In this document: in pieces, positions 1 through 12,028 of the stretch
Layout of the letters: every line of letters starts with the position of its first letter
How positions within the stretch are numbered: position 1 is the first letter of the stretch
NCBI GenBank assembly: GCA_964016885.1
Contig: OZ024750.1
Coordinates: 33,480,001 to 33,544,000 of the forward strand
DNA length: 64,000 nt
Direction: 5' to 3'
Source: Eledone cirrhosa
Lineage: Eukaryota
The notes under the pieces: generated by a model
Seen by the model: the letters and a program-made list of their open reading frames with translations, nothing else
Told to the model about the DNA's origin: nothing
Databases searched by the model: none
Made by a program: the position numbers and the translations under genes

Positions 1-801
1 TGATCGTTCTTCGTAGCAATGCTTTCGCCATTTTGTCTTATAACACTTTAAATATATTATAGTCAGTCAGTGCAGCCACTGATCAGATGGGAGTAAACAC
101 TGCACAACTAACTCTAAACCTTTGCATGGTTGAAAGTGACAATCACAACCAAATAACAATCAAATTATAAGTTTGATAGTGTTTTCAAATGTATAGATTT
201 TATATTTGCAAGCATCAAAACGAATTCTAAAAAGAACTATAAAAACCGCTTTATTACAGGGTTCTGATCTGTTTCCTAATGTAGCTCAAGAAGTGACACA
301 ACAAACAGCGAGCACTAATATTTACAAGACATGGGGCAATTCATTATCTATCTCCCAATAGTAAACAACTAATTTAGTGCAGGTCCAAACATCTTCCATT
401 CATAATTCACACTCAGCAAGTATGCAGTTAGAATATTCCTATAGTCCCCTGGTGTTCAATTTGAAACCAATTGAACAGGCAGAATGAAATAGAACTCTGT
501 ATATTGAGCATTATGTAGTGTTCCACAAGGGTTGATAAATTGCCAATTATTCTGCAAGATAAATCGAGATGAATATTGGTAGTGATGTATTATTCATTTA
601 TCGATTTTATTTCAGGAATAGTAGATCATTTCAACCACATACAGAGACACGTTACCAATCCTTCTCTCCAATGGGAAAACAAGAAATATGCAAATTACCA
701 ATAGTTATAAAACTATATATACACACACATACACACATAAATATACATATATATACATATATATACGTATATATACGTATATTTACGTATATATACATAT
801 T

Positions 802-873
<72 letters not shown>

Positions 874-1072
874 GGGGGAGAGAGAGGGGGGATGGGTAGG
901 TAAGAAGATAGATAGACCGGGCGATGTCCTTGAGCAAGTCCCTTAATTTCACGTTGCTCCTTCTGCCTGGTTTTGCAATTGGAAAGACCAATGGAAATAT
1001 TTTTCCAATTTGACGTTAAGTGAGGTTTGGGATCTTGTTGATCGACTGTTATTTCATATATATATATATATA

Positions 1073-1766
1073 AACAAAGAGGATGTGGTAAGATACCAGG
1101 TGGACAATAACGCACCAGAGTACTCGGTATTTAGGGTAGTAGAGTGGGTAATAGGAAAAGAGTCAGGACCACAATGGCTGAGCTCTTGACCGTTTCGACA
1201 GCTAGATCCGAACAAAGCCAGCAATATTAGAACGGCGGGAATCTAATTGATCTTATCGAGAGGTATAGTCCATATATGGGTATGCCGTCAAAACAAAAAA
1301 AGCAGAAATATCAAAGCAAATAATCCTATAAATTTGTTGTTTATCTTGTCTGTCACGGGGAGTGGTCAAAGTTCTGGGATGTCATGTACATGGTTAAATT
1401 CCTTCATAGTGGCGGGGGGGGGGGGGGGGCTGAACTGGCCTGAAGAACCAAAGGGAGGGGAGTAAGAGGACAGTCAGGCGTTAAGAGAAAAACCTTTACA
1501 ACTAACTTTCATTTATGTGAAACGGTAAACTACAATTCAAAGAGGTAGGAATATAATTTCAGAATGTAAGAATCAAGGAAGGGATTTAGATTCTCTCTTA
1601 ACGCCTGGCCGTTCTAATATTGCCAGCTTAGTTCGAATCTAGCTGTCGAAACGGCCGGAGCTCAGCCGTCGGGGTCCTACTCGTTCCTATTACCCAATCT
1701 ACTACCCTAAGTATTGAGTAGTTTGGTGCGTTATGGTTGACCTGGTTCCTTACCACATTTCCTTCG

Positions 1767-1768
<2 letters not shown>
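1073..1768. mobile_element. Family A hammerhead-like fold-back element: inverted arms 1073-1236 and 1608-1768, both ends in (TA)n
   Basis: Arms are diverged reverse complements. The + arm reads CTAATAT-t-GCCAGCT..AGCTGTC-GAAA-CGGC..GCCG-TC. Same family at 36061, 56270, 57928. Confidence 0.8.
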
Positions 1769-1810
<42 letters not shown>

Positions 1811-1815
<5 letters not shown>

Positions 1816-2248
1816 AAAGAATAGAGGTGTAACACACAAGTTATTATATATTGGTAAACGGAATAGAAAATGCTGACAAATTGTTCACAGTTGAAAAATG
1901 GTTTAATTAGGAATAAAAGAGTATTAGTGATTGTATGGGTTAGTATTCAGTTGTGGTTTTAAGTTTTTAAGTTTTTACCGGTTGCGCATTTCTAAATGCT
2001 TTTCAAAAATAATTTTGAGATAGAGTGTCCGTGCTGTTTGCTCTGATCAGAGCAAACAGCACGGACACTCTATCTCAAAATTATTTTTGAAAAGCATTTA
2101 GAAATGCGCAACCGGTAAAAACTTAAAAACTTAAAACCACAACTGAATACTAACCCATACAATCACTAATACTCTTTTATTCCTAATTAAACCATTTTTC
2201 AACTGTGAACAATTTGTCAGCATTTTCTATTCCGTTTACCAATATATA
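1811..2248. mobile_element. Family B perfect palindrome (1845-2248, 202-bp arms, centre 2046/2047) with a one-sided extension to (TA)n
   Basis: Centre ctctga|tcagag; no mismatch seen between arms. Hammerhead-shaped motif 2084-2120 has a degenerate core. Confidence 0.9.
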
Positions 2249-2267
2249 TATATATATATATATCCCA

Positions 2268-2564
2268 AATAATGACGTATTATCTTCGTTTTTATTCGTT
2301 CTTTGCAAGGGAACGTTTCCACGAACCAAAGTATCGTCTTCCTGTCTTCCTTCGGTTACAACGTTTTTCGAAATATTTACTTCTGCGTTCACAGATTGAT
2401 TTTTTTAGTGTCAGAAGATCCCGTTAAGGGTGAAAGCAGCGATTCTTTGCTTAAACTTTAATCTGTTATTTTAATAAATATTTCCTCTACGGTTCTTATA
2501 TATTTGATATATATTTATCCTTATCGAGCCCTCTTTGGATTTTAGTCTTCAAATTTATTATTAT

Positions 2565-2568
<4 letters not shown>
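2268..2568 (+). mobile_element. Family D TA-flanked element with variant hammerhead fold (2407-2457)
   Basis: CAGAAGA-T-CCC gttaa GGG-T-GAAA-GCA..TGC-TT-AAACT. Homologues at 57043-57390 (+), 24338-24450 (-), 25800-25941 (-). Confidence 0.75.
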
Positions 2569-2634
<66 letters not shown>

Positions 2635-2675
2635 GATATATTAACAAATGGAAACTATATTTATAAAACCATATT

Positions 2676-2732
2676 TATTTCATTATACATATTTCAAGGA
2701 CACCAAGTGGTGTGCTTTCATCAGATAAAATA
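2676..2732 (-). ncRNA. Type I hammerhead ribozyme (family C; element ~2634-2732)
   Basis: Minus strand: UAUUUUAU-CUGAUGA-AAGcACACCA cu UGGUGUcCUU-GAAA-UAUGUA-UA^-AUGAAAUA. Confidence 0.85.
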
Positions 2733-2821
2733 TATATATTTAAAGAATGGATTGCTCATGCGTGGAGATACTATAAAATAACTTATAAAATAGGGTGATG
2801 ATCTTTATATATATATATATA

Positions 2822-2881
<60 letters not shown>

Positions 2882-4141
2882 CAATTCTGTGCAATCTAAC
2901 CTACAGACAGATATTTCATTCATTGCTATACAGATCAAATATCGTTTTCTCAAATACGCAATTTATTTATTACTTTTTTAATATCCTTAATCTTGATTTA
3001 ACATTATTTTTATTGTTTTAGTTATTTTTATTTCTCGGTAATTGTAACCCGTTTTCTTTTCTCTAACATTTTGTTGCCTGTAGGTCTTGCTTTTGGCTAA
3101 ATTATGCACCGAACTCTAAGTAGCACTTAATCATAACACTAGATGCCTGTAAGACTTAGCAAGTAATAAATTATGCAACAAAATATAGTGTTGTGTTTAT
3201 TTTACTGGAAAGCTTTCGGTTCAATTTTTATGTTATATTATTTTTATGTTAAAAATAAAATTGGTTTGAGACTACAAACCGTGAGAAAGAGCTATATATT
3301 AAATGGGGAAAAGACAAAAACTGGAGAATTAAAATAAAGAAAAAACACACATATATATATATACATATATACACACACATATATATATATATACACACAC
3401 AGATATATAGATACATACACACACATATATATATACGCGCACACATATGAATAATACAAATAATGCCTCTATGCAAATTATAATTATGAGAAAACATGTT
3501 TTTTCCTTTCCAGTTGAGACATTCTATAAATTAGAATATTCAGAAACGTAAATGAGAAATAAAATTTAGCTAGAGAGAATATTTGCTTCCTCGTTTCCAC
3601 ACAATATATGAAGTTCATATAATACTGAAATAAATGATATATTTCTCTTTTTTTTTTCCTTATGAGAAAAGCATCGATGCATAAACAAGCTGCCATGTTT
3701 ACTTTAAAGTTTTAAAGTTTTACAAAATGGATATAATATTCCCATGGATTATTCTAAATGAAGTCGAGCAGGTCACTAAAAAAGAACATCTATAATATTA
3801 AAGTTGTGCTCGGGGCAGTAGATTTATTGTAAAATGTTAACACAGTTTCTACTGTCAAGAGAAGTTTTAGTATTTATCACTTCATTGATATGACTAAAAA
3901 ATTCCAGGACTGAAAGAAAACATTAATAAATACTTCACACATAATGAGTGAAAGAAGAAAAGTGTTCGAGTATTGATATATTGGTTCATGTAACATGTCA
4001 AATATCTAAATATATAAATGTTTCTTCTGATGGGATGTTTTTCATTTATTTAAGTACTTTTCTACTTTTAGTAATCGACTTTTGTATGTAGAGTCTTTTG
4101 ATATATTTACCATCAAATAATTCTGATTATAGTTATATATA

Positions 4142-4362
4142 TAGAAGTAGTAACACGACAGTTAGTTCACCATACCGAGAACAAATGTTTCACCTTATGC
4201 GGATCTTCAGCTCGGACTGATAATGGTTATACGGAACAGGAAATTATCAGTTCGTGCTGAAGATCCGCATAAGATGAAACAATTGTACTCGGTATGGTGA
4301 ACTAACTGTTGTATTACTACTTCTACCAAACTCGTCCCATGGATACTCCAGTTTTCTACCTT
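4142..4362. mobile_element. TA-flanked fold-back element with two opposed hammerheads (4175-4215 minus, 4252-4292 plus)
   Basis: Consensus of the two arms: CCGAG-CUGAAGA-UCC gcauaa GGU-GAAA-CAAUUG-UA^-CUCGG. Arms 4142-4225 and 4243-4326; long arm runs on to (TA)n at 4363. Confidence 0.85.
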
Positions 4363-4453
4363 TATATATATATATATAAAGCCCCTTAGGTATATATATA
4401 TATATATGGACTGAATGCTCTACCGCTACGGATAATACCTTCCAGTGTTCTCT

Positions 4454-4526
<73 letters not shown>

Positions 4527-4965
4527 CACTATTTGACACATTTGGATCGAAACCCATGCAAAGTACCCATTATGCAATGCAAGAACCACGTTCACTATTT
4601 CATATTTTCTCTTTTTTTCTTGATATTTTCCTCTGTGATAATGTTTTCTTTAATCACTCAGAATTAATTGATTATTCCTTAATGTAACTTGGGGCAACTA
4701 AATTATTGGAGTTATTATCTAAATTAATATACGTAGTGAAGCGCGAAATAACCAGTGTATGAGTAACATCTACATTAAATAATTATCTGTTAATTATTAA
4801 CGACCCGCTTTGACAGTTTCGGTAAAGCGACGATTTACATGCTTTGCAGCATAATATGCCTGGTGACAAAATATATGAAAAAATTGGAAAATCTTTAAAG
4901 CTTTTTTTAAACACCCTTAAGACCTTATAAGTAAAAAAACATATTTGTTTTAATTCATCACTTTT

Positions 4966-5050
<85 letters not shown>

Positions 5051-5153
5051 ATACAATAACAGAGATAGTTTAAAGCTAAACTCTGACTGGTAACCATCTC
5101 ACTCAACAAACATTAGGTTATATTTAAATATAAACCCAATTTATATATATATA

Positions 5154-5932
5154 TCTTTATCCCATTGCAGAAACTAATTAGTTGGAGTGAAAATTTAAGT
5201 AAGTAAGTAAAAAAATTTTTTTTTAATTTTTTTAAAAATATTTTCTTATTTTACGTCTTTTATATTATTGTTCTGCACCCTCCTGCATTGAACCACCTAG
5301 GTACTATGACATAACCTGTGTATTTGCTGGCATGGACGTGCATCTGTGCGCCTATGTTAGTTGATATATTAAATTATCTATATTTTTCTCCAAATCACTG
5401 ATTTGTCGAGCAAACCTGCCAAAACCACTTCTAAATTTGTTTGGGGTGTTAGTAGGCGTCAGTCATCTTACCATCCCATTCCTTCTAACTAGCCTCTGTG
5501 TCACGTGATTGATTCTTTAGAATCGGCCATTTGACTAGAAGCAGTGAGAATTTCAGTACATAGAATCCAGTCCTCGCCAGCTGTTCTTTCTACCGAATTA
5601 TTATTATTTTTATATGAGCCGCCAGTGTCCGCGCATTGCCTGGAGACTCAGCTGAGAATAGACTCCCTGATGACGCAATGAATTCTCGACAGTTGGATTA
5701 CGTAACTGTCTTTATCCCATTGCAGAAACTAATTAGTTGGAGTGAAAATTTAAGTAAGTAAGTAAAAAATTTTTTTTTTAAATTTTTTTTTAAATATTTT
5801 CTTATTTTACGTCTTTTATATTATTGTTCTGCACCCTCCTGCATTGAACCACCTAGGTACTATGACATAACCTGTGTATTTGCTGGCATGGACGTGCATC
5901 TGTGCGCCTATGTTAGTTGATATATTAAATTA

Positions 5933-5937
<5 letters not shown>
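5154..5937 (+). mobile_element. Retrozyme/Penelope-like partial tandem element: ~230-bp direct repeats 5154-5382 and 5709-5937, period 555 bp, inside (TA)n
   Basis: Near-identical direct repeats offset by 555 nt; hammerhead spans the start of the second repeat; no ORF. Confidence 0.85.
5662..5743 (+). ncRNA. Type I hammerhead ribozyme with extended helix II
   Basis: ACUCC-CUGAUGA-c-GCAAUG[aauucuc GACAGUU ggauuacgu AACUGUC uuuaucc]CAUUGC-a-GAAA-CUAAUUAG-UU^-GGAGU; predicted cut after 5738. Confidence 0.85.
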
Positions 5938-5979
<42 letters not shown>

Positions 5980-5999
5980 GCGTGATTTACAAAATGGTA

Positions 6000-6500
6000 C
6001 ATGATGGGGAATATCACACCCTGATTAGATTTCTCCTGAGCCAAACGAAATAATGGAGGTATTTCAATGTACATATAAAAATGAAATCCCATTCTTTGCA
6101 ACTATTTACCGTTAAATTGGTTATTCTAAAGCTGGAAAAAACTGTGGGTTTGACAATGAAAATTCGGACAGATCAATTTATATTGGAGATGAGACCACAA
6201 AAATGTGCAAGAAAATCTTCATTTCTGAGCGTAAAAATTACTATCCCAGAGCTTTTTCAACTCAACATGTTCATAATATTGTGGATTCGAAAACTGTGTT
6301 CGAGATTCGTGCTAAACCTTTTCACATGCGAAATATGTGACAACCGTTGCCGGTTCTGTTAAAGCAACTTCAACATTCTAAATGCGTATGGTTCAACATT
6401 TATTGAAAATATTGTCACAATTGATAAGAATTCCTCTTTATAACTTCCCCAATCAAAATGGGACTCCAAAGAATGGAACGCCATTCAATAGTATATGCAT
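6000..6500 (+). pseudogene. Decayed mariner transposase fragment
   Basis: ORF 6081-6362 contains RKLCSRFV..LFT.E...R..C (mariner K.CSRWVP-like motif), followed by degenerate IVT.D and SK..SKEW segments. Confidence 0.6.
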
Positions 6501-8466
6501 ATTCTTGGCTTTGTGATAATATATCAAATTATTATAATAAATACTAGGTAATTTCTTTTTGAATGTGTAAAATTTGAACACAATATATGACAAGCAGAAT
6601 AATATTATAAATTATTGTGAATAGGAAATTAAGACGTAAGCTCCTCCCAAGTCAAATCCCCATAAAGTTATTTTACCTAATGTAGGATATTAAACTAATG
6701 GTCTTAAGTAAGTCATAAACTTTGCAGTTTTCTTCCTGAAATATATAGTGCCTTTGTCCCTAGACGAGAATAAAAAACAATGTTAAATTAAACTGGAAAA
6801 GCAATCGAACAAGAAGTACGCTTCTGCTAAGAAGTTATCTTTCGGAATTCGTTTCACTTATCACATTAATATGGTGCCATAAAGAATAAGAATGTTATAA
6901 TGTATCATAAAAACGGATGGCTACCTTGTGAAAATATATCAACATTTCCATCAAGGAGGAAACATTATTATAACGATTGTTTTGTTAATGAAAATAGACG
7001 GTAATGTTTTCATAACATATGGAATTAAATTATTTGTGGAAATAACTTTTAGAAATATACGTATTAGGTTTCGAAAATAAATCGATTAGATATTTTCATT
7101 CAATATACAACGGCTCTCCGTAAGAAGGATTTGAAGATTAATATTCCTTATTCGAGAAAATATCATTATAAGCATGGTGGTTTCCTAGTTGAAGAAAAAC
7201 TATAAAGTAGGTGTTTCTTAAAACATCTTTCTCAGAAACCAAAATAGTTGACGAAAATCGATTTTTCCCATCGTTCTATTACTGTATGTGAGAACATTTT
7301 TATCTATAACATTAAGCGAAACACTGAAGTGTTCTACTTGCAATTTTTAGGTTATTTTAAAGATAAGAAAATAAGCAAATGTGTTAGTGACGTAAAGAAG
7401 ACATAATTATATATTGAGCGGATTAGTTGATAAAAAGATGCTTTTCTAATGTACAGAAAAGCCTAAACCAATAAAAGTGTATTTAATAGAATATAAATAT
7501 TTCAATAAAACAACTAAATCTGGAACATGTTACAAAATGAATATAGCAAATTCTTTGAACTGGAAGCGGGAAATCTGGTATTTAATCTTCTTGACGATTA
7601 AATTTCATTTCTATATACAGTTTTTGTTTATATTAGCAAATGCTTAAGTGGCATACTATCTCATTTTTCTCTAAAATATATGCTTTAACTTCACTTGAAT
7701 CAGATAATACCGTTACGTTTCTCGTCTTCTTCTCCATGAAATATTTGTTAGGTTTTTTTTTTTTTACAAAACATACGCTCGGTGTTATAAGTCTTAGACG
7801 TACTTAGGGTATATAGAAGGGGTCGCTTAGATTATTTCTCTTCAGTAGAACAAATGGATCTGTTTTTCTTTTGTAAGAGTATCAAGAACTTTATAGTACT
7901 GTGACAGCTTTTTGTGCTAGTGGACTGCAAAAACCTGTTGTACCACGGGAATGTCTTTTACTAGTCCTAAACAGCGGCATGGTTTCCTATCTTGGTTTCC
8001 CTGAGCAGAGTTCTTCGGGAGTCAAAATTATGTGTTTAAATCGGCTTATCTGTATCAACCATGTTACAGTGGGTAATACACTTTCTCCTTTGGTACTTTC
8101 GTAGTTTTCTGTTACATCCTTCAGTACCGATCATATTTAATTAGAACATACAATGGAAAATCATTACTTTTATGAAACAAAGTTGATTATTAAACACAAT
8201 CAAGGATTGGGAGCAATATTCATTGTTCTGGAGGGTATATACTTTCCTATACAATCTTCCGTATACGATGTCATATATACCCTTTCGTATATGCTTTCAT
8301 ATAAACCCTTTTGTAAATGCTTTCTTATACACCCCTATTACGAATCTCACTATGTTAGAGCTGCATCTAATTAATCCTAACTGGTTCACTCTATATGCAA
8401 ATGAGCGGCTCCAGTTAATGTGTCATACACTAAAACCCGTATAACTTCTAATAATCTGAATAAGTA

Positions 8467-8513
8467 AATGTCACTGATGAAGGATAAAAATCCAGAAACA
8501 GCTGTCTGACATT
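8467..8513 (+). ncRNA. Type I hammerhead ribozyme, intact core
   Basis: AAUGUCA-CUGAUGA-a-GGAU aaaa AUCC-a-GAAA-CAGCUG-UC^-UGACAUU; 7-bp helix I, palindromic helix III, GUC site, cut after 8506. Confidence 0.9.
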
Positions 8514-8784
8514 CTCACCAGCCACTGAGACAGCTGTGACATGATCTCAGCTTAAAACATTCATAGAGAGACTCTTGTTTGTTAATTAACTACTTGTCTA
8601 GTTTCTTCTTTTCTTTTTCATTGATTAACATCAAGTTATATCAAACTCTGAAGTTTTAAATAGTCAACGATCATTCCGCAAATATAGTTTCTACTCTGCT
8701 TCGATGGGATATTCACATATATACATATACACATGCACACATATACACCAGTACACATTATATATATATATGTGTATGTGTGTG

Positions 8785-8970
8785 TAATATAGAAATGGCT
8801 TCTACAGGACTAGAACTGTTTCATTCAAAGGAAATCATCAGGAAAGCCTGGTGATTTCCTTCGAATGAAACGTTTCTAGTCCTGTAGAAGCCATTTCTAT
8901 ATTAAATATTTATACTCTACTATGTATTGTGTACCTTACTTACTGTGGTTATCCCTGATTGGACCCGGGA
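8785..8970. mobile_element. Family G fold-back element: intact hammerhead 8797-8848 (-) abutting a mutated copy 8848-8892 (+)
   Basis: Minus strand: GGCUUUC-CUGAUGA-UUUC cuuu GAAU-GAAA-CAG uucuaguc CUG-UA^-GAAGCC; flanked by TA/CA microsatellites. Confidence 0.85.
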
Positions 8971-9007
8971 TACACACAGACACACACACACACATATATA
9001 TATATAT

Positions 9008-9061
<54 letters not shown>

Positions 9062-10261
9062 ATAAGTGTGAATAGAATAAATGCGTGTGTGCGCGTGCGC
9101 GTAGGAGCAAACACCATTAAAAAGGAATAAACAAGAAAACATTAACATTAAGTCTTCTTTCAAAATTCTTTCATTACACGTTTCATATTATTGTATATTT
9201 TATTTACATAGCTTTTTTATTCAAATAATGTTTTCAATATATCTCTTATTCCTTGATACATTACTTCATACATATTGATAACATTTGTAATTACTTTCAT
9301 ACTGTTTATTGTGTCTTAAAACGATTCCACGTAAGTGGAAATCTTCAGTTGATGTCAAAGAAATGTTATCAAAATACGATCTTTTATTCTAGAAAAGAGT
9401 CTTGTTATTAATGGCTGACATTTGCTTTAGTTTTCATCTAAACATGTGCTTGTTTTCCTTACATAGTTCATTGGTTTTTCTCTGAAATTTCCCACATTTC
9501 ATCGATATATTAAAGACATAACTATAGAAATGTTAGTATCACGGTTGCTTCATCAACAACCTTCACAATGTTATAACATTACATTTATAATTTGATCTGA
9601 ATAACGTAGTAAATACAACAGGTAAAGATACCTTTTTTGGAAATATATTATGGTCTCGTACATCCTGAGGAAGTCTTGAGGACACCGTATTACGGCGTTT
9701 ATAGGGCATTTTCTAAACCTGGCAGAGCTCATCTCTCCAGGTCTGAACAGATAGAGATAGAGAGCGAGGAGATGAAAGTGAAAACGAAATATAGAGGAAA
9801 GGGGAAAAAGTACTTGACTAGAATATCTTTATTGACCTCGAATGGATGAAAGGTAATGTTGACCTTGGCGGCATTTGAACTCGGGGTTCAGAGAACAACA
9901 AATACTGCAAAGCACTCTGTTTTGGGAAATACTGACATTTATATTCAATTGAAAGAGAATCAATATGGGAATACATCAATAGTTACTAAATGGAGGATAT
10001 TGTATAGGCAGTAAAAATATGTTACATATTGCATAGTTTTATGATATATTAGAAATATAATAAGATTTTTTTTAAATGAATTGTTTGCTACTAATTAACA
10101 TTATCAATGACTTCCAACAGAACTGACATGGTTCTCATATATCATGGAAGATTTTTTTTTTTATTCATGTTCACGAAAATACTGTTAGTTACTTGCTTCA
10201 CTCTCAAACAATTATCCTCAAAATAAGTTGGAACATTTATATTAAGATTCTCAGAATATTT

Positions 10262-10515
10262 TTCTTCTTCTTCCTCTGCCACTTATTCCTGGGGAGGTCG
10301 TGGGGGCAGAGTCCTCAAACATTCCTTCCAGCATGTCCTGTCAGAAGTAACCATCTCCAACTGATCCGGATGGATCCCCAAGCGAGACCAGCCAAGACCA
10401 AGGCTGTTATCCAACTATCTTGCTTGGGGTCTACCCCTGAGTTTCCTGCCGGTTGATTTTGCACGTAAAATATGCCCAGTGATTCTTTCCTGAGACATTC
10501 TAACCATATGCCCAG
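10262..10515 (-). mobile_element. 3' end of an RTE-type LINE
   Basis: Reverse complement of the family at 26925-27222 and 55540-56195, with (GAA)n tail. Confidence 0.65.
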
Positions 10516-11604
10516 GATGTTATTTTCATTAATTATTAAATTTATTTAATGTACAAAATATTAATTTCATTATGAATCTTCCATTATTGAATGGGCTTTG
10601 TCCAAATTAACATTTTCTTTCTTCCGTTGTCTAATAGTCCTTACCCTTTCCCTCTTTTTCCTCTCGTTTAGGACATTTATAGCCCTTTCCTTTACTTTTC
10701 TATACTTTTTTTCAATACTTAATTTTGTTTTTATCCATTTTTATCCATTTTTAATATTTCCATAATTGTATAACTTTTGTTAAAAAAATACAAGATTTGA
10801 AAATGCTAAAGAAAGTATTTAACGTATTTTTGTGCGTATATAATTCTTTTGATGAGATAAATGCTTCATTTTCTTTACAAAATACTTTCATATGTTATGC
10901 AATATACTAACTAGACAAACGTTATTCGCTTCATTATTCAATTACATGTTATCATATACATGTATACATTTTCTTGTCACGGTTTCCATGCTTCAAGCCA
11001 TAAATAATGCATCCTAGTGCAGCCTATAAGGTGGTCGTACTGGTGTTCTGATAAGAACAACACTCAGTCCTCCCTGTTAAGTGGTCGTCCTGGTGCCATA
11101 ACAAAAAGGCAACCAGTCTACCCTGTAAAATGGTAGTAGTGGTGTCACGAGAAAACCTCCCAATGCACGCTTTAATGTGGTTGGCGTTATGTAGGGCATC
11201 CAGTCATAGAAAACCAAGCCTAAAACAGATCTGTGTAAGTTAACTAGGCGTGGTCCCTTGACCTAGTTAGCCTTGTTACATGGCAGCCCGTCTAACCTAT
11301 GTTAACATGGAAAAAAGCCGTTAAACGTGTTTTGGTCTTGAAGTTTATGTCAGTAAAATATTTGCTAAATATTAAGAGTCATTGTTTAATTTTTATATAT
11401 CATTTATATATTCAGACAATCGATTTCTTCAAATATTAAATGATTGAAAATATTTTTGTTGGTATTATTCTCTACTAAAGCGTTCCATCGTGGGAGGCGC
11501 TGGTAGGTACAGTACTATCTGCTAACCCAGAATAGAATAGAATAAAAAGATAAATATATATTAGTTTTGAACATATGAGTTTAAATGTCGTTATATTTTA
11601 AGTA

Positions 11605-11800
11605 TGTCTGTAGGAGATTTGCAGTAATCGGTAGAGCGTAGACCCTTTTCTTTCTGATTTCAAATACCGCGAATGTTAGCTTTGCCTTTCATCCATACAG
11701 GGTCAATAAAAATAAAGTACCAGTAATGCACTGAGGTCGATTTAATCAAATTTCCCCTCCCAAACAATTGTTGACCTCGTGCCTACATCAGAAACCATCA
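11605..11800 (+). mobile_element. tRNA-derived SINE (main family)
   Basis: ttcaaat box B; tttgcctttcatcc...taaagtaccagta body. Confidence 0.75.
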
Positions 11801-11864
11801 TATTTTAAGTATTTACCATTCGATATCCCAGATTTTGCTCCTTTCACTACCATACCGTCAGGAG

Positions 11865-12028
11865 CAAGCATGGGCAACCTTTTTTTAGCAAAGGGCCACG
11901 TAGGATGTGGCTCATCATAAGGCGGGCCACACTACTAAAAAAGTCAAGGCAATTTTGAAATTAGACGTGCCTTTCAAAAAAACAAACGGGCCGCATACGG
12001 CTCGCAGGCCGCAGTTTGCCCATGACTG
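11865..12028. mobile_element. hAT-type MITE
   Basis: TIRs caagcatgggcaac / gtttgcccatgactg; 8-bp TSD gtcaggag / ctcaagag (6/8 match). Confidence 0.75.

Noticed and set aside
7900-8130. Short minus-strand open stretch near the 8467 hammerhead as a PLE ORF
   Set aside because: No RT or GIY-YIG motif recognisable; no autonomous PLE is visible anywhere in this window.
9315-9352. Minus-strand CUGAAGA followed by a UUCCAC/GUGGAA hairpin
   Set aside because: GAAA and helix I cannot be placed convincingly.
9665-9700. CUGAGGA with GUC/GAC stem
   Set aside because: No GAAA or helix III; lies at a SINE tail.
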